The notes beneath the pieces were generated by a model that was not told where the DNA came from, made no database searches, and saw only the letters and a list, made by a program, of their open reading frames with translations. The position numbers were made by a program, and so were the translations under genes. A DNA stretch of 64,000 nt from Cycas panzhihuaensis (taxonomy: Eukaryota; Plantae; Cycadophyta), in NCBI GenBank assembly GCA_023213395.1, contig CM041465.1, forward strand, positions 71,865,741 through 71,929,740, read 5' to 3'. Below, piece after piece: positions 36,501 through 49,800 of the stretch; position 1 is the stretch's first letter; the number at the start of each line of letters is the position of its first letter.

Positions 36501-37041
36501 TGTAGTGGAAACTTTTATCTTAATTCAGAAATAACACAAATATTCACAGATACTGGTCTAATATAGGCTCAAATAAATCCCCTCAATCTCAAATAATAAT
36601 GAATATTGGAAATTCATCATAAACACCAAAATAAAGTAATGGAAATAGTACAAATAAAGGTAAATATATTGTCCAAAAATAATACTGGAAAGTACAAAAA
36701 TATACAACAAAATATCCTTATTGAATGCTTGCCCTTCGAGGCAGGAATCCTCCAAATATCTCAAGCCAAAAGGTCAAGCCAACTGTAGCCCTAGAACCAA
36801 AAATGTGGAAGAGATCCAACCGAAGTGATGATCCAAAATGAGGGCTTTGATCCCTATTTACAATGGTCAATTATTATCCTACTTGAAGTCGGCCTGAATT
36901 AGGACAGTTCACTGGGAGTGAATCATTAATGAAGTCAGCCAGAAGACTGGCTTACTAATCAACTAATATTCCTGCGCTCATTTCTGGGGGTTTAAGTCAG
37001 CTAACAGGGCCCTAAAGAGAGGGTTTTCCTGGAATGCAACA
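36501..37041 (-). repeat. C2 5' LTR (541 bp)
   Basis: Adjacent to the iMet PBS; direct repeat of 31292-31826. Confidence 0.93.
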
Positions 37042-37046
37042 TTTTG

Positions 37047-40000
37047 TGCACAGAACAAAGATGGCACCACCGTCCACCACAAACTGGAATAGATCAGAGA
37101 TCCAAGCCAATGCTCCTCTCGCAATCAAAAGTACAACAAAAAACCCTACACGTGAGGAACACATAAGGAAGGGCACATGCTTTAAATGCAAAGGAAAATG
37201 GAACAGGGAACACCAATGCCCAGGTAAGAAGGTATTCATGTTAAATAACAAAGAACTAGATATACCAGAATAAACAGAAGAAGAAGCAATACAAGAGCAG
37301 GAAGACGACAATGAACAAGTTGAAGTCGAGCTAGAGGAATTACTGGAAATTGACACTGAGAATGTTCAAATCTCCCTATAGGCCATAACAGGGCAAAGTA
37401 CGACACCCCAAACCCTATGATTTGAAAGGATGTTGAAAGGTGCTCCAATAGCGGTACTAGTGGATAGTGGAAGTACCCATAACTTTAACAACAAATCAAC
37501 AGCATAAAATCTAGGAATAAAGGTGGAACCATTGAAAACCTTCCAAGTCTCAATTGCCAACGGGAAGATGGCACCCTGCGGAGGATTCTGCAAAAGTATC
37601 AACTTGAAAAATGGTGCATACCCCTTGAATTCCAACATGTTCGCAATGTAGATAGGAGTCGTCGACGTGGTCTTACGGGTATAGTGGCTACAGACCTTAG
37701 GGAATATAGGCACCAACTATATGACTAGAGTCATGTGGTTCCGAATAAATGGAACAAAATACATACTACATGGACCCAAAAATCCACCTACACAGCTAGT
37801 ATCATCTCACAGAATGGAAAAAATTATGCAGAAAAAGGCACCGACATACATAGTATCATGCCACAAAATCGAAATCCAAGAAATTCCTACAGATATCTAG
37901 AACATCTTGGATGACAAGCAAGTATTCGAAGAACCAAAAGGATTACCTCCAACGAGAGAGACTCAGCACACAATTGACTTAATTCCACGAGCTGTGCCAA
38001 TAAACATAAGGCCATACAGGCACCTGTACAACATGAAGAAGGAGATCGAGAGCATAACAAGGGAATTACTCGCACAAGGTCATATCCAAAGCAGCACAAG
38101 CTCGTTCGCTTCACTAGTGATAATCAGTCCCAAGAAAGATGGGACATTCAGGATGTGCGTAGACTATAGAGGACTAAACAAATTGACTATAAAGAAAAGA
38201 TATCCGATCCCTAGGATTGATGACTTACTAGATGAAATACATGGGGCGAAATACTTTTCCAAGATCGACCTTCGATTCAGATATCATCAGATTAGGATCA
38301 AAGAGGAAGACGTCCACAAGACAGCTTTCAAAACTCATGAAGGATTATTCGAGTTCAAAGTGATGCCATTTGGCTTAACTAATGCACCGACAACGTTTCA
38401 GGCTACCATTAATTCCACATTCAAGGAATTTTTAAGAAAATTCTTACTAATGTTTTTCGATGATATCCTCATCTACAGCAGAACATGGAACGAACATTTA
38501 GAACATCTAAGGTTAGTCCTAGAAGTTCTAGTAAAAAAATTATTCTTTGCCAACAAGGAAAAATGCTCATTTGGTCAACAAGAACTCGAGTACCTGGGTC
38601 ATATAATTACTCTGGAGGGAATTAAGGTTGACCCCAAAAAGGTCCAAGCGATCGTTGAGTGGCCGGCACCAAGAAACGTCACAAACGTTCGCAGTTTTCT
38701 AGGAGCAGCAGATTATCTCAGGAAATTCATAAAAGGGTATGCCAACATAGCAACTCCATTAACGGACCTAACGAAGAAGGACTCTTTCACATGGAATGAA
38801 GTGACCAACAATGCCTTTGAAGATCTTAAAGGCGCTATGGTAAGAGCCCCAATCTTAGCAACCCTAGATTTCTCAAAATTGTTCATTCTAAAATGTGATG
38901 CATCAGGGTTTGGTATAGGAGCGGTCCTACTTCAAGACGAAAGGCCAATAGCATACGAAAGTAGGAAACTAAACAACAAAGAGAAGTTAAAGACAATCTA
39001 CGACAAAGAGATGTTGGCAATAATGCATGCAATCCACCAATGGAGACAATACTTACTTGGGAGCTCTTTTCAAGTATAGACAGACCACAACAATCTCAAG
39101 TATTTCTTAAGTCAAAAGACATTGTCGGACGAGCAACAAAAATGGTTGAGCAAATTACAATCATTTGACTTCTCCATAGTATACAAAAAAGGCAAAGACA
39201 ATGTAATTGAGGATGCCCTTTCAAGGATTCTAGAAGAAGGTCACGAACAATGAGCAATACAAGCAATATCAGTAGCCACTCCAGCATAGCATGAGATAAT
39301 AAAGGAAGAATACAACAACGATTCGAAATACAAGCAGTTAATGGACAGAACAAGTGAAGATCAAACTGGATTGTATGAAATACAAAAAGGAATAATACTT
39401 AGAAAAGGGAAGATCTGTATCCCAAGGAAATCAACATTAAGGGACATAGTATTACAAGAGGCTCACTCCACACCTCTAGCAGGTCACACGAGGATCAACA
39501 AGACTTACAAAAAGATAAGAGCCTCTTTTTATTGGAAGGGCCTAAAAATAGGCATTCAGAAATTTGTGGCAGAGTGTGATACCTGCCAAAGAAACAAGAT
39601 TGAATGCATAAGAACACCTGGATTACTCCAACCATTGCCAATTCTAGAGTAGAAATGGGATAAAATCTCCATGGACTTCATAATAGGGCTACCTTGCTCA
39701 GAAGGAAAAGATGCAATTCTGGTCATAATAGATCACCTTACAAAATATGGCCACTTTAGGGGTTTGAAATCAACAGCTAAGGCCAACAACGTCGCAGATC
39801 TATACATGAAAGAGATCCACCGTTTACATGGGTTTTCAAAAGCAATCGTAAGTGATCATGACCCAAAATTTAATAGCAAAATTTGGCAGGATCTCTTCAA
39901 AGTCGCAGGCACTAAATTGAAGATGAGCACAGCTTACCACCCGCAAACCGACGGGCGAATAGAAATCGTCAATAAGTGCTTATAAGGATACTTACAGAAC

Positions 40001-40702
40001 TTTTGTTCAGACCAACAAAAACAGTGGCACCGTTGGCTACACTTAGCAGAATGGTGGTACAACACCACCTATCATTCGGAAGCAAAGATGACACCCTTCC
40101 AGGCTTTATATGGGTATCAGCCACCCTCGCTACTAACCTGGAAGAGACCATCAAAAGTCCAATCAATCGAGGAACATCAGACACAAGCAGAAGAGACCAT
40201 CGCCGGGTTAAAGGATAATCTAGCAATGGCACAAAATAGGATGAATCAACAGTCTAATAAAAAGCGTTTCGAAAGAAAAATCGAAGTTGGTGACTTGGTC
40301 TTCTTACGGGTCCAACCATACAAACAGGCTTCACTACAGAAGACAAGCAATCAAAAACTCACGCCCAGATATTTTGGTCGCTATGAAATCACCGGCAAGA
40401 TAAGTGAAATTGCATACTAATTAAGACTACTCAAAGGCGCAAAGATCCTCAACGTCTTCCATGTTTCTTGTCTGAAAAAGAAAGTTGGTGAGAAGATAGT
40501 TCCACAATCCAACATACCAGAGCTTAACGAAGAAGGAAAGATGACAATGGAGCCTGAAGGAATCTTACAAACTCGCACCCGAGTGCTTAGGAGCAGACAA
40601 ATCAGAGAACACTTGATCAGATGGAAGGACCTAGACATTGAAGATGCCACATGGGAGAAAGATGAATGGTTAAAACAATTTCCAAACCTACCAGTGCTTT
40701 GA
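37047..40702 (+). pseudogene. pol: C1 gag C-terminus and pol (PR, RT, RH, INT, chromodomain)
   Basis: LVDSGSTHNF; 390-aa ORF 37907-39079 with FFDDILIYS; integrase ORFs 39341-40420. Confidence 0.93.
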
Positions 40703-40729
40703 GGGCAAAGCATAGTTTCATTAGGGGGG

Positions 40730-41186
40730 TAAGTCTGGCCAACTCCTATACAAGGTTTTGGTCGACTTCTAATTGCAGTTTTGGGTATATCTTTTATCTC
40801 TCTAACTGACTTCTATTATTCCAATTGATGTGCCTATAAATAGGGACCCTTAGGGGTCATTTGATCATCATTGTGTGCAGGTGTTCCTCTCCAATTCTGG
40901 CCTTTGGCAAGTGCAAAATTTCAGCCTCAGGGCTGCATTTTCTTAGGAGGATCCCTGCCTCGAAGGGCTCAACAAACTTTACAGATGTACCGGTACCTTT
41001 TCAATCATCTATTTGTATTTTGATCGCAATTTGATCTTAATTTTAGCAGTTGTACTTTGATTTATATTTGTTATACATTTGATCTGGATATTTTCATACA
41101 AGAAAATTGCTATTTGAGTTCTGTTTTCTATAAAATTGGCTATGTTCTGTTCCATTTTGTATCATTTTGGTGAAAGAATCGTTGCA
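40730..41186 (+). repeat. C1 3' LTR (first 16 bp missing)
   Basis: Matches 29957-30413; follows a G6 tract. Confidence 0.88.
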
Positions 41187-41483
41187 GTTTACATGGAACA
41201 TGAGTCTTTGGTTATCTTTAAACCATAATCAAGGCTTCGGTCACAAGGTAGGTCACACTCAAATTGCAATTCTACTACCTGGTCATACTTGAGGTTGTAC
41301 CTGGTTGCACTTCAAGTTATACTTGGTTTTACCTGTATTGCAAAATTTGTGACCTAGTTGCACTTCAAGTTGTTCCTGTCACACCTGGTTGTATCTGATC
41401 ACACCTAGATTGTGGCCTAAAACTGAGATTATTTTGTCCTTGAAAAACTCATGAATCTTTTGTGATTCATCTTCGCGCACACA
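41187..41483 (-). repeat. Element B 3' LTR, proximal (U3) part
   Basis: Begins with TG on minus right after the purine tract at 41484-41494. Confidence 0.65.
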
Positions 41484-41567
41484 TCTCCCCCATCACAAAC
41501 TAACGAGTGTCCTCACTCATACAAAATTTCAAAATTTCCCCATTCCCTACCTCCCCAAATTTTGAAT

Positions 41568-43461
41568 CTAAGGCTGTCGAGAGTTTTGGCCTTGTTGCCC
41601 AATATTTTCTTGCACCTCCTTTCGAGATTCTTTCAACTGTGCAACTTCCCACTTAATATACAAGGGATCCAATCGTACAATGGTAGGAGGTAATGAGAAG
41701 CCCATGGACTTAATGTAATCACATAGAATCAATACATCATGGAGTGCATCTACCTGCTTCATATTTGGTAAATCTCTAGATTACAACTACACTATCTCTA
41801 TGTACAACTCCTGATTGCTTGTCTACATGGTTTGTAGCTCGGACTTATAGGCACCAATTTGGCTCCACAATTTACTACATTGCTTGGTTTCTTCATCACC
41901 TTTCAAAATCCAATTGCCCAGTTTATAAACAACATCTTGTAAATCTGTAGGAATTTGTTGATTGAACTACTCAAATTTGTTTGATTAGGGAGCAGCCTCA
42001 TTAACATCATCCACCCAATCAATAATAAATTTTTTCAGAAGTTCCAACTTCCCTTCAATGGCCTGCAACTTGTCTTTCAATTGAGCAATTCTCTACAAAT
42101 TTGGTGGCAATCTGTATGACTGACCTTCCAGCTTCATGACCAATTGTCGTGTCACCCATCCTAAAAAGGATGTTTTCCATTGTGAAACATCCTGTGGATC
42201 ACAAGCCATCGGGTTGAATCCTTCTTCCAGGATTTGCTTATTTGGATAATACTCAAATTCCACAGGTTGTTGGTGGATTCATTCAATGATTTCTTGCCTC
42301 TACTTTCTGTTGCTAATTTCTTGTGCTGTTGTCAATCATATGCTGATTCCACTAGCTCTATGTTAACTTGGGTTGGTTGTTTCTAGGCTTCTTCTTTAGC
42401 AATAGTCTGCAACTCTAGTTCAATCTTCCTTTTCCATATCCTAATTTGTTTCCTCTTTTCTTCCTCTTCATTCTTTTCTTTCTCCTTTTTCTTCTCATCA
42501 TCCTTTACTTGTTGTCTAGTTTTGACCTATGAAGATGCCTCTTCTCGCAGTCCATCTTCTTCCTCACTAATTATTGTTCTAACTGGAGATGATTCCTGGG
42601 TTGCCTTTTGTCATTTTTGATAAAGCCAAGACTTTACCTTTTCCTACGCTTCAACTTAAATTGTAGAATCCCATGAATTATCCTTATAAAAAACTTTAGT
42701 CCCTTTATCCAACGGTGGTTGTCCTTCAACAGGGGCTGGTAACTCAATATTTGGGCATTGTGAAAACAACAATCCTTGTAATAATGTTGAATGAAAAAAC
42801 ATTACCGATTGTCCCACATTTTTCACTCTCCAAGTTTTTTTGGAGTCATTTGGAAACAAATTCAGACGAGTTAAATAATACCCCATGCAATAATGTACTG
42901 TAGAAATTGATCGACACAAATAATTTTTTCTAGCTCAAAATCATTGTTGTAAAGAGAAAACGAGCAATCCATCTTCGCTCCTCCGAGTAGATTTTTGAAA
43001 TACTAATTCTTGAGCTGGAAATATTTGCCACGTTTGCCCCAATTTGTTTTGTTGCCTGCTCTCTTGGAATTTGTTTGTCTTGTGGAATGTCTTCTCCTTC
43101 GTTCAGTAGACCTATCAACCTTGCAATCGCTTGTACTGAGCAATCTAAAAGGAAAGGATGTATGGCTACCATGGAAGTTACCGTTACTAGAAATTTAAAT
43201 GCTATTGGAAGTACACCTACCATGATATATCTAGAGAAGCCTACGTTTGTTAGTATCTTCTTCCGGGGATCGTTCGACCTAATTGCCACCCATTTTGTGC
43301 AAATTCTTGTGTCATGGATCTCTCGGAAGTTGATATTGACTTGTGAAATATCATCATCGTTTGTCATTCTACTTAACTAGGTTTGTTGATTGTTGTCTTT
43401 ATCGTTGGTCACAATTCACAGAATCCCTTTCTTACGCCGGTGATTTTCAAACTGGAGCCAT
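41568..43461 (-). pseudogene. Extra 3' ORF of element B (about 630 codons, degenerate)
   Basis: Sense-strand ORF pieces 42930-43367, 42656-42919 and 41568-41762 between integrase and PPT; homologous to 10016-11265. Confidence 0.7.
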
Positions 43462-43869
43462 CTTCTCTTAGAACAGGAAAATGGATTTGTTACTATCGAG
43501 TTGAGAAGTCATCATGACTCTTCGCGCTGGTAGTGATGTCACTCACTGTTATGAGTAATTTCCTTTGCTAAGTCTTGTCACATCATGCATTGTGATTCCT
43601 CAATCATGATTATGATATTGCCTTCTGCATATTGCACCATTAATGTACCATCGCTATCAATCCAATCTTGATCATTAGTCTTTTATTTTGATTACCATTT
43701 CTCTACAAGATCTAAACCATCCTTTTGTCTGCTACATTAATCTTGATCCTTGGTCATGATTTTGGGTCACAAACATTAATATGGATTGCGATCAAGTTGC
43801 ATCCTAATCGTGATGAAGGAAATATGTCCCCCTGGTTTACATTCTCTCTCTCTCTCTTTTTTTTTCTTA

Positions 43870-46800
43870 AATAATAATAACTGTACGGTTTAAGTTTGCT
43901 ACCGTTTACTAGCTTTGCCATAGGGAGCCCATCAAGTTGTCTGAGTTGAACAACTCCATTTTGCTAGATTTGGTCCATTTTATATGGACCTAGCCAATGA
44001 AGTTTCATTTCCCCTAGTTTGATCTGAAACTTGTTATCATATAATAGCACTAAAATCACCGACTTAGAACTGAGGTGTCTTCAAATACCTGTCGTGCCAA
44101 GCCTTTTCTTCATTTCTTCTCAGCCTTGAGTTCCCATAATGCCCTTGCTCGTCGCCCATCCAACTTCATCAGTTCTATAAGCCTCTAATCTTTGGAATCC
44201 ACCTCCTCCATTTGTAGTTGGAATGTTATCCTCAAACTTTCTACTTGGAATCCTAATGGCACAATAGCTTCCAAATCATACATCAATCAAAATGGTGTTT
44301 GTTTATGGGGTCTTTCCATCATTGTCTTATTTACCCAAAGAACTGAGTGCAATCTCTCAGCCCAATCCATTCTACCTTCATTGAAAATTTTTGTCAAAGC
44401 TAGCTTCAAAATCTTATTCATGCTCTCCACCTGGCCATTTGCTCTTGGGTACTACAATGAGGATTTTCTATGTTGGATCAAAAACTTTGTTGACATATGT
44501 TCGATTATTTGATTCGGGAAACTGCTCCCTTGATCCGAGACAATCTCAAGCAAACATCCAAAACGAATGATTATCATTTCATAGAGAAACCTGGCTGTAC
44601 TTCAGGCATCACAAGTCTTCATAGGTTTTGCTTCCATCCATTTAGTCAGAAAGTCAGTTGCAACAAGAATATACTTGGCATTTGTTCTCTTGGTCGATGG
44701 GTTGATGGATCCTGCAAAATCCAGTCCCCACTTTTCAAACAGGGCCTGTGCTAAAACTAGATGCAATGGCATAAAATGAAGTTTATTGGACTTGCCCATC
44801 CTTTAGCAAACATCGCAAGCCTTGAATAATTTCTTAGCATCTTCAAATAGCATAGGACACAATAGACCAGCCAATAAAATTTTTTGAGCCGTGCTCTCAC
44901 TGTCATGGTGACTGGATGTTGCACCCTCGTGAGCCTCCCTCAAAATATCCTTTACTTCATGCTCCAAGATGCATCTTTGCAAAGCTTCATCTAGCCCCAG
45001 TTTGTATAACATTCTGTGTATTAAATGGAAATGAAATTCTTTCTTGATGAAGCTTTTCCACTCTATTTGATCTAGTTAAATCGGTGTCTGTCCTAATATT
45101 AAGTACTCTGCAATCCCTTTATACTAAGATGGCACTACTTTGACTACAAATAACTTGTGATCAAGGAAAGCATCCATTATCCCTTTTGCTTCTTCTCTTC
45201 CCTCAATTCTAGAAAGTTGGTTAGGAACGACGTGTTTTACACCTTTCTTTACAATGATTTTGAATGAAAACTCTTGGAATAACATCAGCCAACACTTGAT
45301 TCTCCCTTGTAGAAGAGGCTTATTGATTAGGTATTGCAATGCTTGATGGTCTATAATAAACACAAAGGGATTAGCTAGCAGGTAATGATGAAACTTTTGT
45401 AGGACGCAAACCATTCTCAATCCCTGACGTTTAGTAACAGAATAATTCCTTTCTGCTTGTGTGAGTTTCCTGCTAGTAAAATAAATTAGGAGATCAACAT
45501 TTTCCTCTCCAGGTTGAGCCAATACATAGCCTATTGCATGTAGTGGTGCATCTACATGGACATGGAAAGACTTTTCCCAATTGGGAAACCAGAGTACTAG
45601 TGCTCGTGCCACTCTTTTCTTTAACAAATTGAATGCTTGTTGTTGCTTCAATGTCCATTCCCATGCTACTATTATTTTAAGCAAGCACTTTGAGGGGTTG
45701 GCAATTTGGGCCTATCTACAAATGAATTTGCAGTAATACCCTGTCATGCCTATGAATCCATTCAAATTTTTCATAGTCTTGGGCATTGGAAAGTTCAAGA
45801 TCACCACAACCTTGGTTGGGTCTATGAGAAGCCCTTCTTTCATCACAATATGTCCGAGCAATGAGCCAATGGTACCATAAAGGTATACTTGTCAGGATTC
45901 AAACAAAGATTATTTCATTTGCAAATCTCAAACATTAGTCTCAAATTACTTATATGATTTTTCAATAAAGTATATAACATCCAATCATCCAAAAAAAACA
46001 CAATAATTTTGCCTATAGTTTGCTAAAAAATGTTCAGAATCACCCTTTGAAAGGTGGTTAGTGCATTCGTCAGGCTGAAAGTCATCACTCTATATGTGTA
46101 TGTGCCCCACTCTATGACAAAAGTTGTCTTCAATTGGTCTTCTGGAGCAACACGGACTTAGTTGTATCCACTAAATCCATTAGTGAATGAAAAGACTTCA
46201 TGTCCAACTACTTTTTCTAGGATATCTTCTATGAAAGGTATAGGGAATGGATTGCATTTTGTAACTTTGTTGAGTGCCTTGTAGTCTACGCAAACCCGTG
46301 ATTTCCTGTTCTTCTTGGGTACCACCACTACTGGGTTGATCCATTGTCTACTAGGAAAATATATCTTGCTTCCAGTAACTTAACAAGTTCAACTTTGACT
46401 CGTTCTTTTGTACTTTAGGTTCATTCTGTAGGCGTGTTGCCTGATCGGTTTTGCATTCTCTACAAGTTCAATTCTATGTTCTCCCAATTTAGGAGGAATC
46501 CCCTTAAGGTCCTTATAAGACCATGCAAACACATCTATGTATTCTACAAAGAGTGTTGTTGCCTAGTTCATTGTCTCCTGGTCCCAATAGTCACCCATAG
46601 TGATGTACTTGGGTTGCTCCTCTAAACCAATGATGATCTTTTGCAGTTTCAATTCTTCCCCTTTTACAGATTTTCCATCTGACTGCAATATGTATGTTGG
46701 GGACTGACTAATTTTCCTATCTCCATATTCCAATGCAAAATGTGATGGAGGAAAGTTTTTTTGACTCCCCTTGATTGCGTTCCTCTGATAGAGGTTTTGG

Positions 46801-49800
46801 TTCTACTATTTGGCCATTTGCATCAATGACTTCTGTTTGAAAGAACTCTTGTATGGGATTTTGTATCTTTTCCTTTATGGCTAGCATAACTATTTGCGTT
46901 CTAGCCTGTGGACTATGATATGTAAAAGTGTGGATGAAATCTTCGGTTAATGTGTCCCATTCGATCTTTTATTCCTTTTCATAGTATTGATATCAGATCT
47001 AGCTAGTATCTGTGAGGGTAATGACCAATTGATGGACCCATTCCCAGTTTGGGTTTTGTTTTTCTTCCCATATTCTCACACAGTTTTTAATATGCTCTTT
47101 TGGATTTTTTGTACCAAAAAATCTGCGTAATTCATTGTTCATTGTCTGAAATTTGATTTGAAAAACTTTTACCATTATTTCCCAATTTTCCAACTATGTG
47201 TTATGTGCTAAATACCAAGCAAAAGCTTGGCCAAAAAGAGAGAGGAAAGATATACATCCAAAGTTCTTTTTCCCATTGATTTTTCAAAATTTTAATATAT
47301 CATTTTAAATGATCATTTGCAATCTCTTCTTTGCCCCAAAATTAAGGTAACACTTCTAGAACTTCTAAAAATAGACTATGCTTCTATTGTCCTCTCTTGT
47401 TATATGCTCAGGAGGCTTTTCTCTGAACAAGTTCACCAGGCTTGCTTTTGAACTTTTTGTTTGTTGCTTCTCATCTTCATCCAAGTCTACTTCTTCCTCC
47501 GAAGATGAATCTAGGTAGATTTCCAAATGGTAATTGTTGGTTACCTCTGTCTCCTTCGATGCATTTTGCAGCCAGTTGAGTATATATGTAGAGGATGTAT
47601 CACTTGGAATTGACAATGATGTTCTTTCAGCTTGATAGGCTGTCTCTAAGCATGGACTTATGTAGGCATTGACTCTGCCATTGTTGAGGAAGTTTTGTCC
47701 TCGTCTTTAATTTTCTCGATTTGTGGGTCCTCTGAACATAGGGGTATTGTCACCTTCTTGCCTGTTGAGTTCAAAGTAAATGTTAGTTTCCCCTAATCCA
47801 GAAGAGCCTCTATGGCTAATAGCCAAGGTCTCCTTAGCAATGTTGGATATGTTCTCTTATGATTTTGCATTCTCACAACTGCAAAAGCTAGCAATATTGT
47901 GATCCCTGCCACCATTACAAGTACATTCCTTAATGTGCCCATTGGTCATACTTGCAATTAGTTGGCCAACCTTATGGAGTTAGCTGGGGAACCAATTCTG
48001 ACCTTCCCAGTAAAATCCATGAGGTCTCAAGTAAAACATTTACTCGGGACCCCCCATCTAGAATTATTTTGTAGATGGTCATCCCAAAGATGTTCATTGG
48101 CACCCTTGAATCTACTGCATCTGTCTTTAAAGCCTTCAACACTGGCTTTTTGATTTGATCTAGCACTACTTGTTGAAAGTAGCTAGCTTCCCATCATTTA
48201 AAAACTGCAGCAATTAGGATAGTGATCCCCAATTCTATGAGAATGTCCTTAACTGGTTGCAACCTTTGCCAGGGATTAAATCTAGTCATTTCCTCTCTCT
48301 TGAAAAGTTGTTTTCCTCTTATATGTCTGCCTCTAAATCTAGTTCCTTGTTGCATTTCCTCCTATTGTACAATCTTCATTACATCCTATAGCGCTTTAAT
48401 AGCTTCTTGGAGTTGTTCTTTCTCCACTATCAAATCTGGAAAATTGTCTGCTATTGGAGTTGATGTGATCTTCCCACTCTGCATTTGTAGAAAAGAGAAT
48501 ATTTCCTTGTCAAGAATTTTGGTCACCAGATTTGAATTCTAAATTTTGGTGATGGGATTCTTTGGGCAACTTACCCATTCATGATTTATTGGTCCGCATT
48601 CTTCATAGATATATTCACCATCTTTTCTCTCCAAAGGGCAATCAGAGCAAAAATGACCCCACCTTAAACACAAATGGCACCTAATGGGTTTTATTTTCCA
48701 CTTGTATTGCTTGAAGGAGTTGTAGTTTGTCCTTTTATAAAAAGAATCCCTAACCTCTGATCCTTGTCCTTGCCCCTTATTGGGTGATGAATAATAACAC
48801 TCCCCAATGTTATGATTATTTCTTCGGCAGATTTTGCACCATTTGATAATGGGTGTTTCCTAATGTTCATTCCTCAAGTGGAGGACACCATACATTATCT
48901 CTTCCTTTCTCCATTCGAAGTCACGCTAACTCTGTTCTCAGCTTTTCAATTTCCTAGATTTGTTGAAATTGGTGGTTGTTGTTTTAAAGCTTCCACTTCT
49001 TTCTTTAAGGCCTCCAACTCTGGACTTGTCCCCATTTGAGGCATATGTTGTGCCATGAATCCTATTTGCTGAAATTGTGCTCTATGTATGTTCACCCCTT
49101 GTTGGTAATTTGCTCTAGGTTGTTGCATTTGTACCCCTAAAGGTTGAAAATTGGTTCCCATTGATCCTATCTGCATTGTTGGCTGCAGATATGTTGTTTT
49201 CATCTAATTTTCAAACTTTAACGCCAATTCTTGCACCTACCCATAATTGTTCATAGGATGTTAGATCACTTTTTCCTTCAACTGTGGCACCAATCCTTGA
49301 ACAAAATATTTTAATGCGAGTATGGGTTTAATTGGAGTCGTTGAGTTCATCTTGTTCATGATTATCCTTAGCCTCCCATCAAAGCCATTCACAGATTCAC
49401 TTGGGAATTGGCGAATCTCCTTTAAGGTCTGAAATATGGCCATTAGATCCCTCAACCTCTAGAATTGGTCCAAGAATTGAATTTGGATATGATCCCATGT
49501 TGGATTTTGGGTAGAGGCATACTAGTACCAAGATATTGCAACTCCCCGCAATGTAAAAAAAATCTAGCTTTAATTTCTTCCTAGTCACGAATTCTTTTTG
49601 TCTTTAGCATATTTGTAAATAATGCAAGATTGTCTCTTGGATCTCTAGACCCATCGAACTACAAATTACCAAAAGCGACATCATTCTAAATGATTACATA
49701 GGGAGCTATTGATTGGGCTCCACTTCCCACATTTGCGGTTGGACCTCCTTGTCCAGTCATCATTCCCTCTGGTGTGCTTGTACCAATCGTTGATAGTTGG

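Larger units (their letters stand above)
31292..37041 (-). mobile_element. Full-length chromovirus (Reina-like) element C2, inverted inside C1 gag
   Basis: LTRs 31292-31826 and 36501-37041; perfect TSD TTTTG; PBS (GCTCTGATACCA on plus, 36487-36498); G-rich PPT (poly-C on plus, about 31829-31844). Confidence 0.95.
29941..41186 (+). mobile_element. Chromovirus (Reina-like) element C1 with nested C2
   Basis: LTRs 29941-30413 and 40730-41186; perfect TSD GTTTA; degenerate iMet PBS TAATATCAGAGC; gag split at 31291/37047; chromodomain HLIRWKDLDIEDATWE. Confidence 0.92.

Noticed and set aside
31349-36788. Duplicated small ORFs (31349-31621 / 36558-36764 and their opposite-strand partners)
   Set aside because: They are duplicated only because they sit in the two C2 LTRs.
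41568-43461. Calling the extra ORF an envelope gene (endogenous retrovirus)
   Set aside because: No evident signal peptide, furin site or C-terminal transmembrane anchor in the readable fragments.
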